NCBI GenBank assembly: GCA_964534945.1
Contig: CAZHSB010000001.1
Location: 25,527-89,526, forward strand
DNA: 64,000 nt
Direction: 5' to 3'
Source: an uncultured Bdellovibrionales bacterium
GTDB taxonomy: Bacteria; Bdellovibrionota_C; UBA2361; CAKMMH01
Positions within the stretch are counted from its first letter, which is position 1. Every line of letters starts with the position of its first letter. Of this stretch, positions 30,338-40,809 are shown piece after piece. A model generated the notes under the pieces. That model was not told the DNA's origin. It did no database searches and saw only the letters and a list, made by a program, of their open reading frames with translations. Made by a program: the position numbers and the translations under genes.

Positions 30338-32335
30338 TTATTTATCTTTTTTATTTTTTGAAAACATATTCATTATAAGAGAGCTATATTTTTCAAATAT
30401 TACATTTCTTTTTATTTTCGAAACTTCATTTAACATTCCGTTTTCAAGATTAAAACCATTTTTTAATATTTCAAATTGCTTAATTTTCTCAAATGGCTTT
30501 AATTGAGACTTGCTCTTTATGTAAGTATTTATTTCTTTTTTTATAAGCTCTCTTAATGTCGTATCTTGAATTGTTAAACGCTTGGTAGATTTTAATTCAT
30601 TTGCAATCACACCGCACTTTTTTAGCGCTTCATCAGACGGAACAACCAACGCGCCTACGCTTCCTTCATCTTGCCCTACCAAAACTATTTGATCAATATA
30701 TGGGCTCTCTAAGCATGCAGCCTCAATTGGAATTGGCTCAACATTTTCTCCACTAGATAAAACTATTGTCTCTTTTGACCTTCCAATAATTACAAGATTA
30801 TTTTCTTTTGTAATAAATCCCAAATCTCCCGTATTAAACCAACCATCTTTTAACACTGCATCTGTTGCTTCTTTGTTTTTGTAATATCCCTTCATTATTT
30901 GAGGTCCCTTTACCAGCAAAACCCCTTTTCTGTACATTCCTATTTCTTCTAATGTATCAGGATCCACAATCTTAATGTCTGTCGCCAACAAGGGTTGCCC
31001 TGCAGAACCTAAATAATTTGGTTCATAGCTTTTCCTCATAACGACTACTGGAGATGTTTCTGTCAGTCCATATCCTTCTCTTAAATTAACACCAATCGCA
31101 TCATAAAAAAGTTGATCTTTCATTGAAAGAGAACCACCGCCAGAAATCGATATTCTAAAATTTAATCCAAAATTTTCTCTTATCTTCTTATAAATTTTTT
31201 TGCTTGCAAATAAGTGTATCGGCTTTATAAAAGTACGAACTATTCTGTGATATATCTTTGATCGTGTCTTGTATTTAGTTTTTTTATTAGTTATTCTCCT
31301 CTCGCTATACATCTTATGTATTTTATACAAAATACTAAACTTAACTGCCAAATCGAAGAAATAATATGTCCACATGGACGTTTGTTTTAGTTTCTGATAA
31401 ATTCCAATTCTTATTGTCTCCCAAATTCTAGGAACAGAACAAATTAAATCAACTTGATATTTAGTTAAATCCTTCTTCAGCCCTGAAAGCGTTGTAAAAT
31501 GAACATGCGCACCGTTACAAAACCATGAATATTGTAATGTCCTCTCATAAGCATGCCAGACAGGTAAAACCTCCAATGATTTTTCTCCCGCTTGTAAACG
31601 TATAGAGCTAGTAATCGAAACTAATTGAGATAAAATATTTTTATGAGTAATTATTGCACCTTTTGGATTTCCAGTCGTTCCTGATGTATAAAGCATTGAG
31701 TAATTATCATCTAACTCTATTTTAGGCTTTACAAAGTGATGCAACTCCCCTATTTGCAAAACATCATTATATGAATAAACTTTACCATTTTCATCTTGAG
31801 CATTAGTTTTATCAAACATTAAAACAATAAATTTTAGATTAAATTTACATAAAACATCTTTTAATTTATCATATAGATTTTTGTGTTGTAAAATTATGCC
31901 TACGCATTCACTATGAGACATAATATATTCTAGTTCATCTTTTGGAGCATTTGCACCTCTTAAAGTGCTTACGGCGCCACATCTTGTAATAGATTGATCT
32001 ATCACGACCCATCGCCCGTTATTTTCGGAAAATATGCAAGCGAACTCACCCTTAGATAAACCTAATGATTGTAATCCAGAAGAAAATTTCTTAATATCCT
32101 CTTCTAGCTCTCCATATGTCATTTCTATTTTTGAATATTCATCAGTAATGGCCTTATAATCCTTATGAACTATCGCTTGAGCACTAAAATAATCTCCAAA
32201 GGAAACAGATTTTTTGTAAAAATCTTCTAGTACTTTTCCTTCTTCAACTATTTCTCTTTGTCTTTTTTCTTTAAAATTCTTTAATTTATCTAATTCAGAA
32301 AATCCCATAGAACCATCACAATCAAAAATACGCAT
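30338..32335 (-). CDS. AMP-dependent synthetase/ligase (long-chain fatty acid--CoA ligase-like)
   Basis: AMP-binding motif YTSGTTGNPKGAIITH. 665 aa with an extended C-terminal region. Confidence 0.8.
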   Translation of the reverse strand: MRIFDCDGSMGFSELDKLKNFKEKRQREIVEEGKVLEDFYKKSVSFGDYFSAQAIVHKDYKAITDEYSKIEMTYGELEEDIKKFSSGLQSLGLSKGEFACIFSENNGRWVVIDQSITRCGAVSTLRGANAPKDELEYIMSHSECVGIILQHKNLYDKLKDVLCKFNLKFIVLMFDKTNAQDENGKVYSYNDVLQIGELHHFVKPKIELDDNYSMLYTSGTTGNPKGAIITHKNILSQLVSITSSIRLQAGEKSLEVLPVWHAYERTLQYSWFCNGAHVHFTTLSGLKKDLTKYQVDLICSVPRIWETIRIGIYQKLKQTSMWTYYFFDLAVKFSILYKIHKMYSERRITNKKTKYKTRSKIYHRIVRTFIKPIHLFASKKIYKKIRENFGLNFRISISGGGSLSMKDQLFYDAIGVNLREGYGLTETSPVVVMRKSYEPNYLGSAGQPLLATDIKIVDPDTLEEIGMYRKGVLLVKGPQIMKGYYKNKEATDAVLKDGWFNTGDLGFITKENNLVIIGRSKETIVLSSGENVEPIPIEAACLESPYIDQIVLVGQDEGSVGALVVPSDEALKKCGVIANELKSTKRLTIQDTTLRELIKKEINTYIKSKSQLKPFEKIKQFEILKNGFNLENGMLNEVSKIKRNVIFEKYSSLIMNMFSKNKKDK

Positions 32336-32428
32336 AAAACTTTCTTGAGTTTTATCATATTCAAAAAAAATTTAAAAGATTATTAGATTAATCATTTCAC
32401 TGTAAAATTATACATAAATTTTGCGAGG

Positions 32429-33769
32429 TTACAAAAGTTCATTTGCTAAGTTCGCAAGTTCTGAACGTTCGCCTTTTTCTAATTTTACATGGGCAAAAAG
32501 CTTGTTCCCTTTTAGCTTATCTATCAAAAAAGAAAGACCGTTGCTTTGGGAATCAAGGTATGGCGTATCAATTTGATGAATATCACCAGTGAAAATAAGT
32601 TTCGTATTATCTCCTGCTCTTGTAATAATTGTTTTTACTTCATGGGGCGTTAAGTTCTGTGCTTCATCAACGATAAAAATCACATTTGAGAGACTTCTTC
32701 CTCTTATATATGAAAGGGGTGCTATCTCAATTTTTTCTGTCTTTATCAATTCATCAATTTTACTACTTTCTTTTGAGCTATCACTAAACTGAGACTTTAT
32801 AAATTTTAAATTATCCCACAATGGCTCCATATATGGAGTCATTTTTGATTTTACATCTCCAGGCAAAAATCCAAGATCCTTGTTTCCTAAAGGAACTACA
32901 GGTCGTGCAACAAAAACTTGTTTGAAATTTTTCCTTTGTTCCAAAGCAGCCGCTAATGCCAATAAAGTTTTCCCTGTTCCTGCAATACCTTGAAGTGTCA
33001 CAAGGGAAATATCTGGCCTCATAAGAACATCTATCGCAAAAATCTGTTCCGCATTCCTTGGTTCAATTCTATAAACAGCTCTTTTTTGTATGCGTTCTAA
33101 AATCTTTTTTGAGGAATTATAAAATGTTAATGCCGATTGTCTCCCGCATCTTAAAACATAAAAAGAGTTAACTTGAAAATCAACATCTTTAAATTCATCT
33201 TCTTCTAAATATCCATCTGCAAAAATCTTATCAATTAGTTCTGGAGTTTCAACCTCTATATAACCTTTACCTGTCTCAAGCTTTTCTACATCTTTAATTT
33301 TCCCCTTTTCATAATCTTCGGCAGTTATATTCAACGCCCTTGCTTTTACACGAAGCGCTATATCTTTAGTCACCAAGACTACTTTTTTATCTTCATTTTC
33401 TTGTAAAGTAAGCGCAGCATTCAAAATTTTATGATCTCCTTTATCATCATCGAAAACAACTTCTGCATCTACTTTTTTTACTTTTGGATATACGACCTTG
33501 AATCTTCCCTCTCCATCTTCTGTAATTGGCACCCATTCTTGAAGCATTGTTGACTCTGAAATTTTATCAATAAAGCGAATAAATTCTCTCGCGGAATAAC
33601 TTTTTGTATCATTTCCTTTTTTAAATTTATCAAGTTCCTCTAAAACGGTAATTGGTATCGCTACATATTGATCTTTAAAATGTGTTATTGCATTGTGGTC
33701 ATGCAAAATTACTGACGTATCTAAAACAAATATTTTATTACTCATATTGCCTCTTATAAAAATATACAA
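32429..33769 (-). CDS. PhoH-like ATPase with N-terminal PIN domain (YlaK-type)
   Basis: PIN-like N-terminus (FVLDTSVILHD) and PhoH Walker A (GIAGTGKT). Confidence 0.8.
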   Translation of the reverse strand: MYIFIRGNMSNKIFVLDTSVILHDHNAITHFKDQYVAIPITVLEELDKFKKGNDTKSYSAREFIRFIDKISESTMLQEWVPITEDGEGRFKVVYPKVKKVDAEVVFDDDKGDHKILNAALTLQENEDKKVVLVTKDIALRVKARALNITAEDYEKGKIKDVEKLETGKGYIEVETPELIDKIFADGYLEEDEFKDVDFQVNSFYVLRCGRQSALTFYNSSKKILERIQKRAVYRIEPRNAEQIFAIDVLMRPDISLVTLQGIAGTGKTLLALAAALEQRKNFKQVFVARPVVPLGNKDLGFLPGDVKSKMTPYMEPLWDNLKFIKSQFSDSSKESSKIDELIKTEKIEIAPLSYIRGRSLSNVIFIVDEAQNLTPHEVKTIITRAGDNTKLIFTGDIHQIDTPYLDSQSNGLSFLIDKLKGNKLFAHVKLEKGERSELANLANELL

Positions 33770-33875
33770 TTCAAAAGTTTACAAAAAATTATATAAATTA
33801 AAAAGATACAAATTTTTTGTATTAGACGGACAAAAGCTTGTCTTACATTAGATTTTGTAGCTAAAATATGTTCCC

Positions 33876-35495
33876 ATGATTGAAAATAATGTTTTAGAAG
33901 CACAAATAACTAGAGAAATTGAAAAAAGGCGTACTTTCGCGATAATAAGCCACCCAGATGCTGGAAAAACTACGCTTACAGAAAAGCTTCTCTTGTATGC
34001 AGGCATGATTAGAACGGCTGGAATGGTCCATGGAAGAAAAAACCAAAAAAAAGCGTCTTCTGATTGGATGGAAATGGAACAAGAAAGAGGCATTTCCATA
34101 ACAGCATCTGCCATGCAGTTTAATTATAAAGATTTCGTTATCAATGTACTTGATACTCCTGGGCACCAAGATTTCTCTGAAGATACATATAGGACATTAA
34201 CAGCAGCAGATAGCGCCGTGATGGTAATTGATGCCTCAAAAGGTGTGGAAACACAAACTAGAAAATTATTCAAAGTTTGTAAAATGAGAAATATTCCAAT
34301 ATTAACTTTTATTAACAAAATGGATCTGCCAGCGAAAAATCCATTAGATCTTTTAAGCGAAATTGAAGAAGTCTTGGGTATTCAAACGACTCCTGTGAAT
34401 TGGCCAATTGGAAAAGGAAAAGATTTTAAGGGCGTTTTTCACCTTGAAAAAGATGAAGTTTATATTTTTGAAAAGTCGAAAGAAGGTGGAACAACTAAAA
34501 AAGCACTTGAAACAAAATATACAAAAGATGAGTTTTTTAATTCTATTTTAGAAGATAAAGAATTAAGAGAAAAAACACTAGAAGAAATTGAACTAGTAGA
34601 AGTTGCAGGAGAAAGTTTTAATGAAGAAAAATTTTTAAATGGTTTAATAACTCCTGTTTTTTTCGGATCTGCTCTTACAAATTTTGGTGTAGAATTTTTC
34701 TTTGATTTCTTTACAAAACTTGCGCCCAAACCACGCGCGAGAATTGCTTTTAATGATGACAATCAAAAAATTATTATAGATCCCATAAAATATCCTTTTA
34801 GTGGAAATGTATTTAAAATACAGGCCAATATGGATCCAAAGCATAGAGACAGTATGGCTTTTTTACGCGTCAATTCTGGACGTTTTGAAAGAGATTTAAT
34901 AGTAAAACATTCAAGACAAAAAAAAGAAATAAAGCTTTCAAGGTCTCATAGTATGTTTGGAAGAGAAAGAGAAACTCTTGATTATGCATATCCAGGAGAT
35001 ATTGTCGGTGTTGTAAACCCAGGAGTTTTTGCAATCGGTGATACAATTTCAATCAATGGGCACTTTACTTTTCAACCAATGCCAAAATTTCCACCAGAAA
35101 TTGTTGCAAGGATTCGTCCGATTGATGCCTTAAAAAGAAAAGCATTCGAAAAAGGAATCGAACAATTTACAGCAGAAGGTGCAGTTTTAATATTAACTGA
35201 ATTAAATAATTTAAATTCTGATCCATTAATCGCGGCAGTTGGAATTTTACAATTTGAAGTTTTACAAAGTAGATTTTTAAATGAATACCATGTCAAAACC
35301 GAAATTAATACCTTACCATATCGTCACGGTGCATGGCTAAAAGGAGATCCAAAAACTTTTAGTTTGCCAAGTAATAGTCTTATAGCTTACGATGGAAACA
35401 ATGATTATATATTTTTGTATGCACAAGAATGGCAAAAAGATTTTGCTGAGGAAAAAAACCCCAACCACAAACTTATAGATTTTCAGGATAGTTAA
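33876..35495 (+). CDS. prfC: Peptide chain release factor 3
   Basis: GTPase motifs AIISHPDAGKTT and DTPGHQDF, with an RF3-specific middle and C-terminal region. Confidence 0.9.
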   Translation: MIENNVLEAQITREIEKRRTFAIISHPDAGKTTLTEKLLLYAGMIRTAGMVHGRKNQKKASSDWMEMEQERGISITASAMQFNYKDFVINVLDTPGHQDFSEDTYRTLTAADSAVMVIDASKGVETQTRKLFKVCKMRNIPILTFINKMDLPAKNPLDLLSEIEEVLGIQTTPVNWPIGKGKDFKGVFHLEKDEVYIFEKSKEGGTTKKALETKYTKDEFFNSILEDKELREKTLEEIELVEVAGESFNEEKFLNGLITPVFFGSALTNFGVEFFFDFFTKLAPKPRARIAFNDDNQKIIIDPIKYPFSGNVFKIQANMDPKHRDSMAFLRVNSGRFERDLIVKHSRQKKEIKLSRSHSMFGRERETLDYAYPGDIVGVVNPGVFAIGDTISINGHFTFQPMPKFPPEIVARIRPIDALKRKAFEKGIEQFTAEGAVLILTELNNLNSDPLIAAVGILQFEVLQSRFLNEYHVKTEINTLPYRHGAWLKGDPKTFSLPSNSLIAYDGNNDYIFLYAQEWQKDFAEEKNPNHKLIDFQDS

Positions 35496-35499
35496 TTTT

Positions 35500-36150
35500 A
35501 TGGAAAAATATCAAGCTGTAATTTTCGATAAAGATGGCCTTTTATTGGATACAGAAATGCTTACATTTCGTGCTTTTAGTGAGGCATTCAAAAAGCATGG
35601 TATTGAATTACCATTAAATGTATATGAAAAATCACTTGGCATTTCAACAGAAGACTCTTTCCAAATTTTTAAGAATTTTCTTAACAACAGAATTTCTGAT
35701 GAGGAGTTATTATATATTCGCTCCGATTTTTTATATGCTTATTTTGATCTTCACACAATTCCCGTAAAAAAAGGGGTTCAAGACTTTTTAACTTTTTTAA
35801 AAGTCAAAAATATTCCTTGTGCTATTGCAACTTCTTGCGAAACATCGCGTGCAAAAGATCAATTTGACAAATTGGAACTTCTAGGATTTTTTAATGTTGT
35901 GATTGGAAAAGATAAAGTACAAAATGCAAAACCATTTCCAGATATATTTTTAAAAGCAGGTAAACTTTTAAATTGTGATCCTAGTAAGATAATTGCTTTT
36001 GAAGACTCAGAGGCAGGAATAACTGCCATTAAAAATGCTGGAATGACCGCGGTTCATGTAAAAGATTTATTACCACCTAATCAAAACATTATCAACAAAG
36101 CAGATTTTCTATTGGACTCTCTTTTAGAAGCTCCAATGTTGTTTAATTGA
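35500..36150 (+). CDS. HAD-superfamily hydrolase (beta-phosphoglucomutase-like, subfamily IA)
   Basis: Motif I (AVIFDKDGLL) and a later FEDSEAGI motif. Confidence 0.7.
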   Translation: MEKYQAVIFDKDGLLLDTEMLTFRAFSEAFKKHGIELPLNVYEKSLGISTEDSFQIFKNFLNNRISDEELLYIRSDFLYAYFDLHTIPVKKGVQDFLTFLKVKNIPCAIATSCETSRAKDQFDKLELLGFFNVVIGKDKVQNAKPFPDIFLKAGKLLNCDPSKIIAFEDSEAGITAIKNAGMTAVHVKDLLPPNQNIINKADFLLDSLLEAPMLFN

Positions 36151-36184
36151 TAATTAATAAAACACATAAAAAAATAAAAATACC

Positions 36185-36340
36185 TTATGAAGCTTTTTTT
36201 AAAACTTTCTTTTCTTCTTTCTCGTCTTCTGACATTTTATCAAGAAGTCTTTTTAATAATGCTTCTTGAACTTGTCTAAAGTATTCTTCTTCTCTTAAAT
36301 GCTTTTTTGTTTTAAAGTAGCAAATTTTTTTCTCTATCAT
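36185..36340 (-). CDS. Small K/E-rich ORF (51 aa), paralog of 36396..36536
   Basis: ATG preceded by a GGAGG RBS. Shares the pattern EKxI.F.KK...EE.(Y/H)F...Q..L...LL.K with the upstream small ORF. Confidence 0.3.
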   Translation of the reverse strand: MIEKKICYFKTKKHLREEEYFRQVQEALLKRLLDKMSEDEKEEKKVLKKAS

Positions 36341-36395
36341 AAAAGCCTCCTTACTCACGAATCGCGGCTTTTATTTAAATTGCTTCTTTTTTTAT

Positions 36396-36536
36396 TTATT
36401 CATTTTGATTTTTTTTCTGTTCTTCAGCTTTCTTTTTTTCTAATAATTTTTCAAAAAGACGCCTTTGTTCATCTTGAAAATGTTGCTCTTCTTGAGATTT
36501 TTCTTTTTTTTCAAAAATTGTTTCTTTTTCAACCAT
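36396..36536 (-). CDS. Small K/E-rich ORF (46 aa), 8 nt downstream of glgB
   Basis: ATG lies 8 nt after the glgB stop. Paralogous pattern to the neighbouring small ORF. Not in the ORF track because it is under 60 aa. Confidence 0.3.
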   Translation of the reverse strand: MVEKETIFEKKEKSQEEQHFQDEQRRLFEKLLEKKKAEEQKKNQNE

Positions 36537-36544
36537 TTACTTAG

Positions 36545-38614
36545 CTACTCTATTTTTTCTAATACAAATGCACTTCTTGTAGGAAGATACACCTTAAAAT
36601 AAGTCTCTGTATAGTCTTCAAATTCTTCATTTTCTGTTAAGATTTCTTGACTACACTGTATTCTACCAAGCCCCGCGAAGCATGATCGTTCAGTATCAAA
36701 GATTAATCTATATTTACCAGCTTCAACACCATTTATCCTATAATCCGCATAAGAAGATTGAGGATTAAAATTAAAAAGAAAATATAAATTCCGTCTTCTA
36801 AAGCATAATACCTGTTCGGCTATATGACTATATATCTTCTCTACATAACTATGTCCATCTATAACATGATATTGTTTCACAAGTTCGAGCATCGCTTTGT
36901 CAAAATCAGCAATTTTGTGATATTGCAAGTTTGGGTTATCTCTTAAGCTCCACTGTCTTCTTGCATGATGATATGACCAATTATTTCCTTCTCTTGGAAA
37001 ATCAATCCATTCTGGGTGACCAAACTCATTTCCCATAAAATTTAAATAACCATCTCCCGCAGTAACAAGCGTTATAAACTTTATAAGCCTATGAAGCGCA
37101 AGCCCTCTATCAATAAGGTGATTTTGCTGATCTATTCTCATACTATCATAAATGAGTGTTTGTAATAATCTAAAGATTATTGTTTGATCTCCAACTAATG
37201 CCTGATCATGACTTTCTGCATATGAAATCGTCTTCTCATCATTTCTTCTATTAGTAAGTTCCCACAATATTCCCTCGACATGCCATTCTTCATCTTTTTT
37301 TTCTTTTAAAGTTTTTATCCAAAAATCAGGAATTCCCATTGACAATCGATAATCAAATCCGTTTCCACCATTTTCGTAAGAAGTTGCAAGACCTGGGAAG
37401 CCACTTACATCTTCTGCCAGTGTAATGGCCAATGGACGCCCCTCATGAACAAGCTTATTTGCCAAAGTAAGATATGTTAACGCATCTCTATCTAAATTAT
37501 CACAAAAATAATCATTATAACTCATAAAAGCTGTGCCTATGCCGTGGTTGTGATAGAGCATGCTTGTAACACCATCAAATCTAAAACCATCAAACTTATA
37601 ATCTTCAAGCCAATAACGAATATTAGAAAGTAAAAATCTTAAGACTTCTGTCTTTGAATAATTAAATAATCTTGAATCCCATAAAGGATGCTCTCCTCTC
37701 GCGCCTTGATGAAAAAATAACGAATACGTACCATCAAATTTTGATATTCCTTCAACTTCATTTTTAACTGCATGACTATGAACAATATCAAGTAGTACTC
37801 TAAGGCCTAAACTATGCGCTTTATCAATTAATGATTTCAACTCGTCAGGCGTTCCAAATCGAGAAGATGGTGCAAAAAAATTAGAAACTTGATAACCAAA
37901 AGAACCATAATAAGGGTGTTCTTGGATAGCCATTATTTGTACTGTATTATAACCTGCATCTTTTATTCTTGGTAAAATATTATTTTCAAACTCTACATAA
38001 GTTCCTACCCTTTCTTCTTCTGTCGCCATTCCGATATGACATTCATAGATAAGAAGTGGCTCATCTTGATTCGGACAAAAATCTAAAATTTTCCATTGAT
38101 AACTTTTCTCAGGATTCCAAACTTGAGCAGAAAAAAGAGACGTTTTCCAATCTTGGACAACTCTTTCACAATAAGACGGAATCCTCTCGCCCTCTCCACC
38201 ATTCCATTTAATCAATAATCTATATAAATCACCATGCCTCAATGCATCTTTTGGAAGTCGTATTTCCCAATTTCCAATACCAGTCGATGTAAATGCATAT
38301 TCTTTTGACGGCTTCCAAGAAGAAAAACCACCTATTAAATAAATCTGTGTTGCATTTGGTGCGCATTCTCTTAATATCCATTCGTCATCTTCTTGGTGAA
38401 GCCCAAAAAATTCATGCGCCGTTGCAAAATCCCATAATGAACATTTATTCTCTGTTAATCTTTTTTCTATTGCTAATACTTGTTCCTTAATCTTATTGAA
38501 ATAATCGGAAAATGGAGAAAGGTATGGATCCTTTAAAATGATTGGAAGGACATTTTCTTTGATATTTAATAACAAAGCTTCTTTATCGTTTTTTAAAATT
38601 CTTTTTGAAACCAT
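36545..38614 (-). CDS. glgB: 1,4-alpha-glucan branching enzyme
   Basis: GH13 motifs (GFRFDGVTSM, LLDIVHSHA) plus an N-terminal CBM48-like region. 689 aa. Confidence 0.85.
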   Translation of the reverse strand: MVSKRILKNDKEALLLNIKENVLPIILKDPYLSPFSDYFNKIKEQVLAIEKRLTENKCSLWDFATAHEFFGLHQEDDEWILRECAPNATQIYLIGGFSSWKPSKEYAFTSTGIGNWEIRLPKDALRHGDLYRLLIKWNGGEGERIPSYCERVVQDWKTSLFSAQVWNPEKSYQWKILDFCPNQDEPLLIYECHIGMATEEERVGTYVEFENNILPRIKDAGYNTVQIMAIQEHPYYGSFGYQVSNFFAPSSRFGTPDELKSLIDKAHSLGLRVLLDIVHSHAVKNEVEGISKFDGTYSLFFHQGARGEHPLWDSRLFNYSKTEVLRFLLSNIRYWLEDYKFDGFRFDGVTSMLYHNHGIGTAFMSYNDYFCDNLDRDALTYLTLANKLVHEGRPLAITLAEDVSGFPGLATSYENGGNGFDYRLSMGIPDFWIKTLKEKKDEEWHVEGILWELTNRRNDEKTISYAESHDQALVGDQTIIFRLLQTLIYDSMRIDQQNHLIDRGLALHRLIKFITLVTAGDGYLNFMGNEFGHPEWIDFPREGNNWSYHHARRQWSLRDNPNLQYHKIADFDKAMLELVKQYHVIDGHSYVEKIYSHIAEQVLCFRRRNLYFLFNFNPQSSYADYRINGVEAGKYRLIFDTERSCFAGLGRIQCSQEILTENEEFEDYTETYFKVYLPTRSAFVLEKIE

Positions 38615-38776
38615 AATAAAAAAATACCTTTGAGAAAATGTGCGAAAAAACTTTTAAACATTCCTATTGATTATGAACAGAATTTTAAAATAGTAAATAA
38701 GAAATGGAAAAATTCCATTTCTTATTGCAATTATAAAAACTTTTATAATGTTTTTTCCCTTATCATGTATTTATTT

Positions 38777-39655
38777 TTATCCTCTAATTTCTTCACTAGA
38801 TTCTGGAATTACTATTCGTTGATTTCTTTCATCCCATAAATTAATATTAACCTCAACATCATCTGGATATTTATCTCCTGCCTGTTTAAAATGAAATACC
38901 AATTGACCTTTACTATTTACATTATATTTATTTTGTACCTCCAACCTTTCTCCAGCACTGTTATATAAAGCCAACCTTTTTACTCTCCCCTCATAGCTTG
39001 ATGGCAAAAATATGGCAAGCTTTTTGTATAAATAACTTTCGGGCCTCCAAACAAAGTTCTTGGGGTATTCTTCTAAATAGACAGGTCCTATTTCTCCGAT
39101 ATCGTCTTTTACTTCATCTTGTAAAGCCTCACAATTTCCAATCAAATTAGATTTTATTCTTTGTGCAGAATCTAAAGATAACGATTCATTTTCTGAAAAT
39201 TTATTTATAACAGTACCTAATGATCTTAATGGCGTATCATTATATTTTGCACCTTCTACCCTTTTAGTATCTAAACTTTCACTATTTGAATCTAAAGAAG
39301 ATTTACCTAAAGAAAAGCTTAAAAGGTTTAATAAATAATCACAACTAATTTTTCCAGCACTCTTTAACTTTCCTAATGCTGTATCAGCTAACTCTTCAAA
39401 AGAATATTTTTTATCTTCCGAATTTTCTATCTGAAAAGAAATTTCATTTAAATATTCTTTTCCCAACTCACTGTCTTGTTGGTTCAAAACGCCATAATTA
39501 ATAGCACTATATAACTCTTCTTCATTAACCCTTTTTCCATTCGTTAAATCTGAGGCTAAAATCTGCTTGTTTGCTTTTAACGAAAGAATTTCTGCTATTG
39601 AATTTCTAAGTGCATTTTCATCTAAATTAAAATTATTACTAATTTCCATATACAT
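38777..39655 (-). CDS. Hypothetical protein (no signal peptide, no recognisable family)
   Basis: 292 aa, N/S/E-rich. Confidence 0.4.
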   Translation of the reverse strand: MYMEISNNFNLDENALRNSIAEILSLKANKQILASDLTNGKRVNEEELYSAINYGVLNQQDSELGKEYLNEISFQIENSEDKKYSFEELADTALGKLKSAGKISCDYLLNLLSFSLGKSSLDSNSESLDTKRVEGAKYNDTPLRSLGTVINKFSENESLSLDSAQRIKSNLIGNCEALQDEVKDDIGEIGPVYLEEYPKNFVWRPESYLYKKLAIFLPSSYEGRVKRLALYNSAGERLEVQNKYNVNSKGQLVFHFKQAGDKYPDDVEVNINLWDERNQRIVIPESSEEIRG

Positions 39656-39768
39656 TCTCCTAAAAAAATAAATTTATAAAAACTATCGTTTTTACTATCT
39701 ATCTTTTCGAGAATATAAAAGAAAAGTGACCAATATCACTAACAATCAAATTTTATATGCGAAGCCAA

Positions 39769-40347
39769 CTATTGATTTTCAGAAATCAATTCTCTTAATC
39801 TTCCATCCTTACTTGCTTCTTGCAAAGCAACATGCATGGCTTCTGCTAAAGCTTTTTCGACATCTGATTGAGTAAAAAATATCCCTGTATTTGAAAAGTT
39901 TCCATTATAAACTGATTTATAAATTACCTTTCCTTCTCTATTTAACAACGACAACATGATCTCTGCCTTTGAAGTTAATAACGTAGATAAAGCCCTAGGC
40001 TTAACAGCGACAACCCAAGACGATAATTCGCCTAAAACTGTTGGAGCATTAAACAAAGAAATATCATACCCATTAATTGAAAAATATTTCTCGAGCCCTT
40101 TTTGGACAACTCTAGTAGCGTCTCCAAGCTCTGTTAAAGAACGCCCCTCAATTTCGCCAACAACCTTTTGAGTTCTTAAATCATTTACTATACCGATCCT
40201 AACTTTTGGGGAAACTTTATCTTTATAAAAATCTCTTTGAAATTCTGTTTGAGTTGGGGTTAATTCATATAAAGTCAACTGGCTTCTAAGATTTGGAGTA
40301 CAAGACATAACCAAAAACAAACTCAAAATAAGAAATATTTTTTTCAT
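39769..40347 (-). CDS. Hypothetical lipoprotein (possibly PqiC/YmbA-like ABC-transport auxiliary lipoprotein, or LptE-like)
   Basis: Lipobox (VMSC). About 190 aa mature length, typical of auxiliary envelope lipoproteins. The family call is tentative. Confidence 0.4.
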   Translation of the reverse strand: MKKIFLILSLFLVMSCTPNLRSQLTLYELTPTQTEFQRDFYKDKVSPKVRIGIVNDLRTQKVVGEIEGRSLTELGDATRVVQKGLEKYFSINGYDISLFNAPTVLGELSSWVVAVKPRALSTLLTSKAEIMLSLLNREGKVIYKSVYNGNFSNTGIFFTQSDVEKALAEAMHVALQEASKDGRLRELISENQ

Positions 40348-40675
40348 GATTTTCCCTTTTTTAAATAATAAAAAACTTTCTTGCTATATATCTTAAAACT
40401 TTATTCTTGTTATTATTACTTAAATTTCTAATAACATCAAGAATTCAAATATTTCTCCAACTTAGCTAATCGTAAAAAATATATATCTTCTATTAATCTT
40501 TCCCCTTGTTAGCCTTAAAAGATAAAAAAAGACTGTCCTTAAATAATATTTTTTAATTTTCGATCTTCTAATATTAAATAAAGATTTCCCCTAAAATAAA
40601 AATTTTTCATGTAAAAACTTGATTTAATATAAATTTTTCTATATTGTAATCAAGTCGTTTCGACAATATTAGTGC

Positions 40676-40752
40676 GTCCCTATCGTCTAGCCGGCCTAGG
40701 ACAGCAGCCTTTCACGCTGTAGACATGGGTTCGAATCCCGTTAGGGACGCCA
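40676..40752 (+). tRNA. tRNA-Glu (anticodon TTC), CCA encoded
   Basis: Hand-folded. Acceptor GTCCCTA/TAGGGAC, anticodon stem GCAGC/GCTGT with loop CTTTCAC, T arm ATGGG-TTCGAAT-CCCGT, G73. Confidence 0.85.
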
Positions 40753-40809
40753 TTTTCATTATTTTTCATCTTATTTAAAAGTTAAAATTTTTAAAATTAG
40801 AATTGTTTG

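Noticed and set aside
36299-36544. 81-aa plus-strand ORF between the HAD gene and glgB
   Set aside because: Phe/Leu-rich low-complexity translation that mirrors the K/E-rich micro-ORFs on the minus strand. The minus-strand ORFs have an RBS and coupling to glgB, so this one is treated as a shadow.
38630-38839. 69-aa plus-strand ORF after glgB
   Set aside because: It overlaps the start of the minus-strand 38777..39655 gene. It has no RBS and an AT-rich, low-complexity translation.
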